Assembly (NCBI GenBank): GCA_963813715.1
Contig: CAWFAK010000005.1
Location: 416,001 to 480,000 of the forward strand
Length of the DNA stretch: 64,000 nt
Direction of reading: 5' to 3'
Source: an uncultured Planctomycetaceae bacterium
GTDB lineage: Bacteria; Planctomycetota; Planctomycetia; Planctomycetales; Planctomycetaceae
The translations under genes were made by a program, and so were the position numbers. The notes under the pieces were generated by a model. It was given only the letters and a program-made list of their open reading frames with translations. It did no database searches and was not told where the DNA came from. Shown in pieces: positions 22,930 through 30,960 of the stretch (its first letter is position 1; each line of letters starts with the position of its first letter).

Positions 22930-24222
22930 CTATTCGTCCGTCGCGGCGTGTTGTGATTTGATCCACTTCTTGTAGTCGTCGGACTTCACGAACTCGGCGT
23001 ACGCAGGAACGGTGGTCAGGTCTTTGAATTTCATCTTGAATTTCGACTCGAGCGTCGAGAGCAGCTCGGCCGTTTTGGCGAATTTCCGCTCTTTGAGGGC
23101 CTGGCCGAGCAGAGAGAAGTAGGCGACCCTCAGCGTCGGCTCCGCGGCGATGGCGGCTTCGGTTGTTTTCCAGGCTTCATCGGACTTGCCTTGGGACAAC
23201 AGCAGGTTGGCCCGCAGCACATTCAGATACGGGTCGCCCCCCACGGCCTTGTCGACGTGATCGACGCCCAACTGGGCCTGACTGTAGGCCTTTCGCATCG
23301 CGAAGGCGTCGAGGGCGATCAGGTCGATCGACGCATCCTTCGGATAGAACTTCCGATAGTCGTCGATCGCCTGCAGGTATTCCTCGTTGCTGATCGATTG
23401 GGCCGAACCGAGCCGAATGGCCAGGATCGTTTTCATCTTCTTCAGCGATTCGGGCAGGCGCTTGTAGGTTTCGAGCACCTGCCGATGCTCTTTCTCGTGG
23501 AACGAGTCGACCATCGCGGTGAACTCGGAGAAATTGGCGAGGAAGTCCCGCTCGGCAGGTGAGAGCTGGCCCAGCCCTCCTTTCACCCAGTTGCGGGCGA
23601 AGGGCAGGAACGATTCGCGGACGGCCTCCGACAGCGTCTGCCCGGTGAGGAAGACGTAGCAGTCGACGGCCCGTACCAATCCGCCGTCGTCTGAGGCGAG
23701 CACAAAGTCGTGATAGTTGAGGCCCCCCTCCTTGGTGATCATGCGAAACTCGGCCCGCCGCTGGCCGTCGACCAGCCGACTGTGCAGGAACTTGTAGTTG
23801 CCCCCGCGGAGCACGCCCTGGCAAACTTGCCCCGTGAAACCGGTCGCCGAACGCGACGTCGATTTGGCCCCCTTGACGAAGTCGCCCCGTTGCTTGTTCA
23901 GCTCGGGCGGTGCGTTGGGGTAGGCGGTCGCCTTGTCGAGCAGCGCGTCCCAGTCGATCAATTCGTTGCAGGCGCTTAAGTCTCCCTTTCGCACGGCTTT
24001 CTCGAACAGAGCCGCCCACTGCCGGCCCTCCTCTTCGGTCGGCGCGGCCGGCTTAGTGGCGGCAGCCTTCGCCGATGGCGGCGCGGTGTTGTCTGCTCGC
24101 GCCGATGGCGGCGCGGTGTCGGCAGCCCGCGCGCAGGCGGCCATCGGCATCAGCGAAAAGACAACGAACGCAGCTGCGGCAAGACAAGCAGTCAAGCAAA
24201 CACCACGCGAAATCCGGCGCAT
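22930..24222 (-). CDS. Exported protein with C-terminal TPR-like helices
   Basis: Signal peptide, 430-aa open frame, GLNYHDF motif, DPYLNVLRA and TPR-like C-terminus. Confidence 0.7.
   Translation of the reverse strand: MRRISRGVCLTACLAAAAFVVFSLMPMAACARAADTAPPSARADNTAPPSAKAAATKPAAPTEEEGRQWAALFEKAVRKGDLSACNELIDWDALLDKATAYPNAPPELNKQRGDFVKGAKSTSRSATGFTGQVCQGVLRGGNYKFLHSRLVDGQRRAEFRMITKEGGLNYHDFVLASDDGGLVRAVDCYVFLTGQTLSEAVRESFLPFARNWVKGGLGQLSPAERDFLANFSEFTAMVDSFHEKEHRQVLETYKRLPESLKKMKTILAIRLGSAQSISNEEYLQAIDDYRKFYPKDASIDLIALDAFAMRKAYSQAQLGVDHVDKAVGGDPYLNVLRANLLLSQGKSDEAWKTTEAAIAAEPTLRVAYFSLLGQALKERKFAKTAELLSTLESKFKMKFKDLTTVPAYAEFVKSDDYKKWIKSQHAATDE
24070..24119. repeat. 30-bp-period tandem duplication in a linker-coding region
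   Basis: cgccgatggcggcgcggtgt at 24070-24089 and 24100-24119, encoding TAPPSA twice. Confidence 0.85.
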
Positions 24223-24428
24223 GAGTCCTGTTCCCCTGAGATGGCATCCCTCGGACGAAGCTCGAAGAGCCAACGATCTTACCGCCGCATCGCGACGGTT
24301 GCGACCAGATTTATCCTGCGAATTTGAGCACGCTAGGCGACGAAAGCAGCGTGCCGGTCAAATTATGTCGGCCAGGGTCCCGAGCGAGTCTTTACGCGCC
24401 GACGCCGACCCGGTGCTACAATGCGGAC

Positions 24429-24737
24429 GTGAAGGACGTGGCGACGCGAATCGTGGAGTCACCCATGGACAATGCAAAACTTGTCGAACTCTGTCGGGTG
24501 AAAGACGGCATTGAAGCTGCCTTGATTCGGGCGGCGCTCGAGGATGCGGGCATCCGCGTTCGTGTCGAGGGCGACATGCTCCAGGGAGCCATGGGGGGCC
24601 GCCTGCGGATGGGATGGACGACCTTGCCCCGCATCATCGTGTTCGACAGTGACGCGGAACGGGCTCTCGCCATCCTCAATCAACTCCCCGGCAAAGCTCA
24701 CGACCCAGGCGCCGCGTGTGAAGCTCCTGAACAGTAG
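24429..24737 (+). CDS. DUF2007-like small protein (start at GTG 24429 or ATG ~24465)
   Basis: EAALIRAALEDAGI.V.V ... RIIVFDSDAERA. Confidence 0.75.
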   Translation: MKDVATRIVESPMDNAKLVELCRVKDGIEAALIRAALEDAGIRVRVEGDMLQGAMGGRLRMGWTTLPRIIVFDSDAERALAILNQLPGKAHDPGAACEAPEQ

Positions 24738-24857
24738 CGTCGCAACCACGAAGCCAATCCTGGTCCTGGTGCTCATTTCCTGAATCTTAAGACTTCGGCG
24801 AATCGTGTACGAATTTCAACGACAGAGGCCCGAGACCTGCCAGCCTACAATCTCGGG

Positions 24858-25061
24858 ATGGGATTCGTCGTCAAGGTAGACTTCGCGACCGGGGATCGAC
24901 GGTGGCTCACCAGCCCGCGCCGGGGCGGTGTCCCCGCGTTTGGCCCCCGCGAGATCGCGCAGGTCTTCCGGACGGAGAGCGAATCGCAGGCCGCAATTGA
25001 CACCGTGCGGCAAAGCAGCCCGGGTGACGGCGTCACGTTCCGGGTCGAAGCGGCCGAGTGA
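24858..25061 (+). CDS. Small hypothetical protein, probably leaderless
   Basis: TACAAT (24846-24851), 6 nt, then ATG; 67 aa. Confidence 0.55.
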   Translation: MGFVVKVDFATGDRRWLTSPRRGGVPAFGPREIAQVFRTESESQAAIDTVRQSSPGDGVTFRVEAAE

Positions 25062-25086
25062 GCGGCTGCAGCGGGACTCATTGAAG

Positions 25087-25263
25087 ATGAGGCGACGACC
25101 CGTCCTCGAATGGACGCTCCTGGGGGCAATCCTCGGATCGGGCCTCGCCTTCGGCGATCGGTTCGACTGGATCGGGCTGTTCGTCGGAGTTGCTCTCGGG
25201 GGCACGATCGGCGCGATCATTGGCGTCTCGGCCGGTTTGCTCAGAAGACGCGGCGGTGCATGA
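25087..25263 (+). CDS. Small two-TM Gly-rich membrane protein
   Basis: MRRRPVLEWTLLGAILGSGLAF..WIGLFVGVALGGTIGAIIGV, 58 aa. Confidence 0.55.
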   Translation: MRRRPVLEWTLLGAILGSGLAFGDRFDWIGLFVGVALGGTIGAIIGVSAGLLRRRGGA

Positions 25264-25379
25264 ACGGATGGGGTCGCATCGCGATTGTATTCAGTACCCC
25301 GCTGCTCAAATTCGGGCGTTACTCAAGATCGGGGTTGTGCCCGTGTTGAATCACGGTTGTGAACGTTGGGCGCCGGAGG

Positions 25380-25646
25380 TCAGCGAGTTTCGATCGCCTG
25401 CCGCAGTCGCCATCGCCGACACGCGATCCAAATCGCGACCGAAACAACTGCCCAACAACAAAAGACCAGCACAGCCGTGCGTAGGCCCCAGTAAGCAGCG
25501 GCGACGCAAACGCCGCCCGCGCCGATTTCTCCGACAAGAGCGCCCAAGGACCATGCCGGCTTGCGTTTCTTGGTGCTCAGGCTGACAACCGCAACGGGTT
25601 GCTGTCCGGTTTCGATTGGATCGAGTTTCTTCGGTTCGTCGCTCAT
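25380..25646 (-). CDS. Array micro-ORF, MSDEPK... membrane protein (88 aa)
   Basis: Shared ATGAGCGACGAACCG start; two hydrophobic segments. Confidence 0.6.
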   Translation of the reverse strand: MSDEPKKLDPIETGQQPVAVVSLSTKKRKPAWSLGALVGEIGAGGVCVAAAYWGLRTAVLVFCCWAVVSVAIWIACRRWRLRQAIETR

Positions 25647-25674
25647 CGTCACATTTCGCGATTGGTAACAGGAC

Positions 25675-25782
25675 CTAGCGTATCGCCGCCCTGAAGGCGA
25701 CGAGCAAAAGCGCGCCAACTAGGGACACGATGATGACGACGATGAGGGTAAGAAAAACCAAGCGGCCCGGCTTGTCGCTCAT
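25675..25782 (-). CDS. Array micro-ORF, 35-aa single-TM peptide MSDKPGRLVFLTLIVVIIVSLVGALLLVAFRAAIR
   Basis: Translated by hand; preceded by gagaataacggc, a variant of the shared leader. Confidence 0.6.
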   Translation of the reverse strand: MSDKPGRLVFLTLIVVIIVSLVGALLLVAFRAAIR

Positions 25783-25786
25783 GCCG

Positions 25787-25969
25787 TTATTCTCGCCTCA
25801 GTCGCTTTCGCGCAGCGGCGATAGCGCGCACAAACTCCGCACGATCTTGCCCCGTCTTAATCCGCTCAGCCTCTTCGCGGCTCAAGTGACGTCCTGGTCC
25901 GCATCGTGCCCGGATGCGATCAATTTCGTCCGGTTCAGACTGGTCGTTTTTGGAGGATTCGTCGCTCAT
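25787..25969 (-). CDS. Array micro-ORF, 60-aa soluble charged peptide MSDESSK...
   Basis: Preceded by caaggtgacggc; its TAA stop lies inside the leader of the next ORF. Confidence 0.55.
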   Translation of the reverse strand: MSDESSKNDQSEPDEIDRIRARCGPGRHLSREEAERIKTGQDRAEFVRAIAAARKRLRRE

Positions 25970-26009
25970 GCCGTCACCTTGGCGTTGGCTCGAGAGTTCA
26001 GTGAGACGG

Positions 26010-26219
26010 TCACGACTTGGGCGACCGAAGCCTGAGCAGCAAAAGAAGCAAGAGTCCAGTCGTGCTGGCGATGGCGTAGACCTTCGACAGAACCAGAATG
26101 AAGTTCCGCGGAGCCGACGTCCCCTCAAGTGCGCCGGAGAGCACAATCAGCCAGGCGATTAGCGACGTGATCAGCGTGATGATCAGGATGGTCCACGGTT
26201 GCTTTGGCCGTTCGCTCAT
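26010..26219 (-). CDS. Array micro-ORF, 69-aa two-TM protein MSERPK...
   Basis: Preceded by ccgctaagagtgacagc; two clear hydrophobic helices. Confidence 0.6.
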   Translation of the reverse strand: MSERPKQPWTILIITLITSLIAWLIVLSGALEGTSAPRNFILVLSKVYAIASTTGLLLLLLLRLRSPKS

Positions 26220-26237
26220 GCTGTCACTCTTAGCGGC

Positions 26238-26540
26238 TTACGTGGCCGGGTGCCGCCGGGCGAACCGATTGATGCCCAGGCCGGCGCAGTATCGTACACA
26301 AACTGGAATTCCGACGATTCCGAGAAACACGAACGCCAGCAGAAGAAATGGCACCAGCGCCAGAAGCATACGGCTCGCGACCAGCGGATGCTCCCGTGCC
26401 CATTTCGGAGGGCAAGGTGGGCCGTATCGCTCCGGCCTTCGTGCGGTCGGAAAATAGCGATCACGATGGATCAACAAGACTGCCGCGATCCAGGTGGGGG
26501 CGACGATAGTTGCGACCACGATAGCCACTGTTTCGACCAT
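26238..26540 (-). CDS. Array micro-ORF, 100-aa two-TM protein MVETV...
   Basis: Preceded by the exact leader ccgccgctagaatgacggc. Confidence 0.6.
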   Translation of the reverse strand: MVETVAIVVATIVAPTWIAAVLLIHRDRYFPTARRPERYGPPCPPKWAREHPLVASRMLLALVPFLLLAFVFLGIVGIPVCVRYCAGLGINRFARRHPAT

Positions 26541-26559
26541 GCCGTCATTCTAGCGGCGG
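26538..26559 (-). repeat. Shared leader module (-10 TAGAAT, 6 nt, ATG), exact copy 1
   Basis: 22-bp identity with 27523-27544 (catgccgtcattctagcggcgg on the + strand). Confidence 0.9.
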
Positions 26560-26668
26560 ATTCGGCGCAAAGAAAAAGCCGCCAGTTAGCGGGTTTGAAC
26601 TCGGCTCTAACGTGGTGGGATCGTTTCAGGATATTTCTGCCTGGTATGGCCCTTCAGACAAAAACTGC

Positions 26669-27034
26669 TCACGGTAGCTTGTCGAAAAAGAGATAAAGGG
26701 CAGCAATCCGGCCGTCCCGGGCAATGATGAAATCGGTCCCGGCGTATTCGGGTGCCTCGCCAGGGCGGCCCGAGACCCATTTGATCCGCCCGCCATCGCC
26801 CAATTCCTCTGGCGCGGCAATTGGCTGGTAGCGAAACTCGGGGTGAGTCGCCTTGATCGCGCCTGCGATGCGATCGATCTCATCGCGGCCACGGTAGACG
26901 CCTTTGTTGGGATCGTAGAACACGCAATCTTCGGTATAGAGCTCGCCGAGTGCTGCGCGACGCCGCGCGGGGTCGTTTTCACCGAAGACGTCGCTGAGAT
27001 TGCGCGTCAGCAAAGTCGAGATGCTGTTGGACAT
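26669..27034 (-). CDS. SnoaL/NTF2-like family protein
   Basis: LLTRNL.DVFGE.DPARRRAA..ELYTEDC ... YAGTDFIIARDGRIAALY; GAGGGGAG RBS. Confidence 0.85.
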   Translation of the reverse strand: MSNSISTLLTRNLSDVFGENDPARRRAALGELYTEDCVFYDPNKGVYRGRDEIDRIAGAIKATHPEFRYQPIAAPEELGDGGRIKWVSGRPGEAPEYAGTDFIIARDGRIAALYLFFDKLP

Positions 27035-27096
27035 CGCTTATCTCCCCTCGGCAATACGTCTCGCAATCAGCGTGGCGAAAAATCAACCGATGGCCA

Positions 27097-27375
27097 TCAG
27101 GGCGACGAAATGATCCAGCCGCCACTGTGCCACGCATCTGGCGGGCCGAATCGGCCGCGGTACCAATGCAAGGCTCGGCCGGCCGGTCCGCCAGCCCGCT
27201 GGATCGTAATCATCGGACGATAGGCGACGAGAAACGTCCCAGGGGAAATCCAACCACGCCAGCACAGCCCCCATGCGGGGCCGAACGACGCGGCATAGAG
27301 CGCCGCCGACAGACCCACGCTCCATCCGGCTCGGACGATCCAGCGATACAAGGATGGTTTCGGTTCGTCGCTCAT
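27097..27375 (-). CDS. Array micro-ORF, MSDEPKP... membrane protein (92 aa)
   Basis: Shared ATGAGCGACGAACCG start; hydrophobic LYAASFGPA..AYRP segment. Confidence 0.6.
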   Translation of the reverse strand: MSDEPKPSLYRWIVRAGWSVGLSAALYAASFGPAWGLCWRGWISPGTFLVAYRPMITIQRAGGPAGRALHWYRGRFGPPDAWHSGGWIISSP

Positions 27376-27399
27376 TGCCACCATGAGTTGCGCGGAAGT

Positions 27400-27525
27400 T
27401 CACGGGTACATGGTAAGCCAAAAGACGATGGCGAAGATTGCGAACGCCGCGACCCCGACAACGTGCCAGCGCGCGATCCGCTCTGATAGCTGGTCAAGCT
27501 TCTGCTCGCGAAGATCGTCGCTCAT
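27400..27525 (-). CDS. Array micro-ORF, 41-aa single-TM peptide MSDDLREQKLDQLSERIARWHVVGVAAFAIFAIVFWLTMYP
   Basis: Translated by hand; preceded by the exact leader ccgccgctagaatgacggc. Confidence 0.65.
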   Translation of the reverse strand: MSDDLREQKLDQLSERIARWHVVGVAAFAIFAIVFWLTMYP

Positions 27526-27544
27526 GCCGTCATTCTAGCGGCGG
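27523..27544 (-). repeat. Shared leader module, exact copy 2
   Basis: Identical to 26538-26559; 27515-27535 is also identical to 30924-30944. Confidence 0.9.
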
Positions 27545-27967
27545 TTTCGCGCGGCAGTGCCCGCCGAGTCGAATCCGGTCCAACGTCCCGTCGGTCTCGT
27601 GTCCCGTCCCCACCGATCCCGTCCCGACCGCGGCCCCACCCCGCTTTAGCGTCCCGATCCCCGCCCATCCCGTTTCGTGCAATTCACTCCCGTCCCGCGG
27701 CCCTCCCCGACGACCTCTGACGGGTCGGTGCAATCGCCAAATTGGCCGGGATTTTCTCGGTGAAACAATGTTGTCCCGTCCCGGTGTTGGTCCAAGGTCC
27801 CGCGGTCCAAAGTCAGGATTGCGAGCCTCTGAATTCTCGACCTTGGACTCGATCGAAGGCGTCCCGTCCCATTCTTTCCCCCTCGCCCGTCCCCTTCGGA
27901 TGGGAGAGGGTCGGGGTGAGGGCGGATTTCTCCGGGCGTTTCCCGATAAAACAACGTGTCCCGTCCC

Positions 27968-29479
27968 GAATGGCACTAACTCAAGCCGGAAGGAGTTGGC
28001 AGTTGGAAGTTTATGTCGGGTGAGGAGCGTGACGGAATGCGTCTCTGAGGAATCCCGGCCTCCTGCGAGAATGAGGTTGCTAAACGACCCATTTCCACAG
28101 GAGGCCAAGGATGGCGCCATTTATCGAGTCTGTTTTGGAGCAGGTCAAGGGGGATGTGACCGAGGCGCTTTCGCCCGAGCGGATCGAGCAGATCTGTCGC
28201 GAACTCAATCACGTGTGGCGCGACTGCACACTCAATCCGATCACCACCGTCTATGCGTTCCTGCGGCAGGTCTTGGCGGGCAACATCGCCTGTGATCACG
28301 TGCCCCATCTCCTGGATCTGGATGTCACCGGCGAGGCCTACTGCAAGGCCCGCGCGCGATTGCCGCTGGAACTCTTCCAACGGCTGATGGAGGGGGTGGC
28401 GCGTGCTGTTGGTGCGCAAGTGCCTAACTGCTGGCGAGGTCATCGTCTTTGGCACGTGGATGGTTCTGCCTGTTCGATGCCCGACACACCCTCGCTGCAG
28501 GAGGCCTTCGGGCAATCGGGGGCTCAGCGGCCCGGCTGTGGATTTCCGGTGGCCCGTCTCCTGACACTGTTTGATGCCAGCACTGGCTTTCTCTTGCGGG
28601 TGCTGCCAGCTCCTTTGCGGTCGCATGACCTGTCGCGGGTTCAGCGCGTGCACGAGGCCTTTCAGCCGAACGACGTGGTCGTCGGCGATCGGGGATTCTG
28701 CTCCTACGCACATCTGGCACTGCTCAATTTAGCCGGCGTTTTTGCTGTGTTTCGCATCCATCAAGCGACGATCGTCAACTTCCAAAAAAGGCGGCCTTAC
28801 TCGCCGCAGAAGCGTGCGAAGAATGTCCCACGCGTGAAGGGACAACCGACGTCCCGCTGGGTCCAGTCGCTGGGCCGACACGATCAAATCGTCGAGGCGT
28901 TCAAACCGACCCAACGGCCATCGTGGATCACCCCGGAAGACTTCGCGCGGCTGCCCGAATCCCTGCTCCTACGGGAGCTGCGCTATCGCATCACTCAACG
29001 GGGGTTTCGAGTCCGCCAGGTGACCCTCGTGACGACGCTCTTGGATCAACGACGTTACCCGGCCGTCGAACTGGCCAACCTCTATCTGAATCGCTGGCAG
29101 ATCGAGACGAATCTCAGGCATCTGAAACAAACGCTCCGCATGGACGTGCTGCGCACCAAGACAGTCGACGGGATTCACAAAGAGCTGGCCATGTTCGCCA
29201 TCGTTTACAATCTGGTGCGCTGCGTGATGCTGCGTTCGGCAAAACGCCAGCGCGTGCCGGTGACTCGGACCAGCTTCATCGACGCCCAACGACGACTCTG
29301 CCATGCCCCGCTCAACGCGGCCCCCAGAAATCTGATCGTTGTTCCCCACCGCCCAGGTCGTTGCGAGCCACGCGCCTCTAAGCGACGACCAAAACAATAC
29401 GATCTCATGAACAAACCACGTCGCCAACTTCAACAAGCCCTGATCCACAAACAAGTAACGCCTTAAGTTAGTGCCATTC
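27968..29479 (+). mobile_element. Complete IS4-family insertion sequence (1512 bp)
   Basis: Terminal IRs GAATGGCACTAACT(C/T)AAG; flanking 11-bp direct repeat TGTCCCGTCCC at 27957-27967 and 29480-29490. Confidence 0.95.
28111..29466 (+). CDS. IS4 family DDE transposase
   Basis: AYCKARARL, VDGS, GCGFP, VGDRGFCSY, Y..RWQIETNLR.LK (YREK-type signature); intact 451-aa frame. Confidence 0.95.
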   Translation: MAPFIESVLEQVKGDVTEALSPERIEQICRELNHVWRDCTLNPITTVYAFLRQVLAGNIACDHVPHLLDLDVTGEAYCKARARLPLELFQRLMEGVARAVGAQVPNCWRGHRLWHVDGSACSMPDTPSLQEAFGQSGAQRPGCGFPVARLLTLFDASTGFLLRVLPAPLRSHDLSRVQRVHEAFQPNDVVVGDRGFCSYAHLALLNLAGVFAVFRIHQATIVNFQKRRPYSPQKRAKNVPRVKGQPTSRWVQSLGRHDQIVEAFKPTQRPSWITPEDFARLPESLLLRELRYRITQRGFRVRQVTLVTTLLDQRRYPAVELANLYLNRWQIETNLRHLKQTLRMDVLRTKTVDGIHKELAMFAIVYNLVRCVMLRSAKRQRVPVTRTSFIDAQRRLCHAPLNAAPRNLIVVPHRPGRCEPRASKRRPKQYDLMNKPRRQLQQALIHKQVTP

Positions 29480-30181
29480 TGTCCCGTCCCAATGTTCCCG
29501 TCGCTGGGTCAACTGCTTTGCTGGGTCAATTCGCTAGTGAAACGAAGTGTCCCGACCCACCGGCCAATCTCTTTCCGGCTCGACTTCCCGGGCCCGACCC
29601 CGCGCAGTCATCTCCAGTGAGGGGCCGGTTTCTCCGCGGTTTTCTCGGTGAAACAACGTGTCCCGTCCCGGCGTCCGCGTGCCGGCAAGGGGCTCCGAAA
29701 TGTTGCCGGAGCTGCCTTCCCGAGGTCTGTCCTCCCGCCGCAGGCTGCCGGGGATCTTTTCTCCCCTATGTGAAAATGGATCCCCATCACCGCCGGGGAT
29801 CCTTTATTTGTCCCCGGCGGGGATCTTTTCACCAGCGGTCGAGACTCTGCAGGCCACGGACGCCGCGCAACCGCACCGAGAGAAGCCGAGCACAATCCGC
29901 GCGCAAGCGACCGCTCGCGTGCCAAAGCCGCTATCTCCATTGAGCCACAAAAACCCGATTCGGCCAAGATCAGTTTCGCGAAATTCGGGCTTGGCCGGCC
30001 GCGCGAGTTTGGCCGCTGGTCGCGGACAGGGAGGCGACCCTCTTTGCGCAGACCTTCGTACTGATCCTCAAGCTGGTTGACCTGGGTCTCGAGTTGCTGG
30101 CTCTGCGACTGGATCTCCCGAAGTCGCTCGACCAAGTGGTGTCCGTGTTGAAACACGGTTTTTCGCGATTGGCACGCGGGT

Positions 30182-30295
30182 TCAGGGAATCCCCGGCAAT
30201 TGAATCGCGTACAGCGCCCAGCCGACAAGAGCAATTGCGACGAACAGGACTGTCCACGTAATCCATGCTCGTGGCTTGTGAGTTGCTTCGATCAT
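30182..30295 (-). CDS. Array micro-ORF, 37-aa single-TM peptide MIEATHKPRAWITWTVLFVAIALVGWALYAIQLPGIP (may extend via a frameshift into the coiled-coil frame at 30156-29970)
   Basis: Translated by hand; preceded by ccgcTACAATggcgcc. Confidence 0.55.
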   Translation of the reverse strand: MIEATHKPRAWITWTVLFVAIALVGWALYAIQLPGIP

Positions 30296-30408
30296 GGCGC
30301 CATTGTAGCGGGGCGCGTCGATCAGCCGGTTTGCGTCGACCGGAGTGGGCGTTTGAAAAGCGAATCCGAGCGATTGGCACGGGAATTATCGGTCGGCGAT
30401 AATTTGGC

Positions 30409-30717
30409 ATGCTTCGCTTTCGGTCTGTCCGAACGAGATCGCTGCTCTTCGCTCTCGCCACTCTTGTCGTCATTGCGCTCAGCGTCCTACTGGCCTGGGG
30501 ATGGAGCCACTATCAGGACGGTCTGCAGAGCAAGAGGGCGACGGTCGTGGAGATCAACAACCGCATTAAGACGCTTGGGAAAAAGGCGAGCGTCTCGACC
30601 GATCAAGCGCAGCGCCAAAAGTCGCTTGCGGAGGCACACCGCCTGTTAGTGGAGCGGCGAGAATTGGAAAAAGAGCTGCGACCGCTCTTTCAAAGGCTCT
30701 TGGATGCCTTCCGATAG
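30409..30717 (+). CDS. Small TM plus coiled-coil protein, opposite orientation to the array
   Basis: N-terminal TM helix, helical C-terminus; GATAAT 5 nt before ATG. Confidence 0.6.
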   Translation: MLRFRSVRTRSLLFALATLVVIALSVLLAWGWSHYQDGLQSKRATVVEINNRIKTLGKKASVSTDQAQRQKSLAEAHRLLVERRELEKELRPLFQRLLDAFR

Positions 30718-30754
30718 TCGCTCACGCCGTCACCTCAGCGATTAGTACGGGAGT

Positions 30755-30934
30755 TCAAAGCAGACAGAGTTCGGCACAGATGATGGCGAACAGAACGGCC
30801 ACGCCAACCCCCAGATTGTGGGTGCCGCATGTCGACGGCCAATCCAGCCCTCTCGAGGCAAGCACGATCAAGGCCGGAGGCGCGGCAAATCGCGCTGCCC
30901 ATTTTAGAGTTGGCGCTCTCGGTTCGTCGCTCAT
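30755..30934 (-). CDS. Array micro-ORF, 59-aa MSDEPRAP... hydrophobic peptide
   Basis: Translated by hand; preceded by tggaatgacggc. Confidence 0.55.
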   Translation of the reverse strand: MSDEPRAPTLKWAARFAAPPALIVLASRGLDWPSTCGTHNLGVGVAVLFAIICAELCLL

Positions 30935-30960
30935 GCCGTCATTCCACGTTCACTCGCGGG

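Larger units (their letters stand above)
27560..29830. repeat. Non-coding GTCCCGTCCC-rich repeat element, interrupted by the IS4 element
   Basis: CGTGTCCCGTCCC at 27598, 27955 and 29657 plus variants; ~50-bp imperfect repeat at 27917-27967 and 29618-29669. Confidence 0.75.

Noticed and set aside
27438..28295. ORFs 27438..28295 (+) and 27530..28120 (-) as proteins
   Set aside because: They cross the IS boundary and translate the GTCCC repeats into low-complexity sequence
25630..30950. CRISPR array
   Set aside because: Repeats are degenerate, irregularly spaced by 100-1000 bp, overlap start codons, and no cas genes are present
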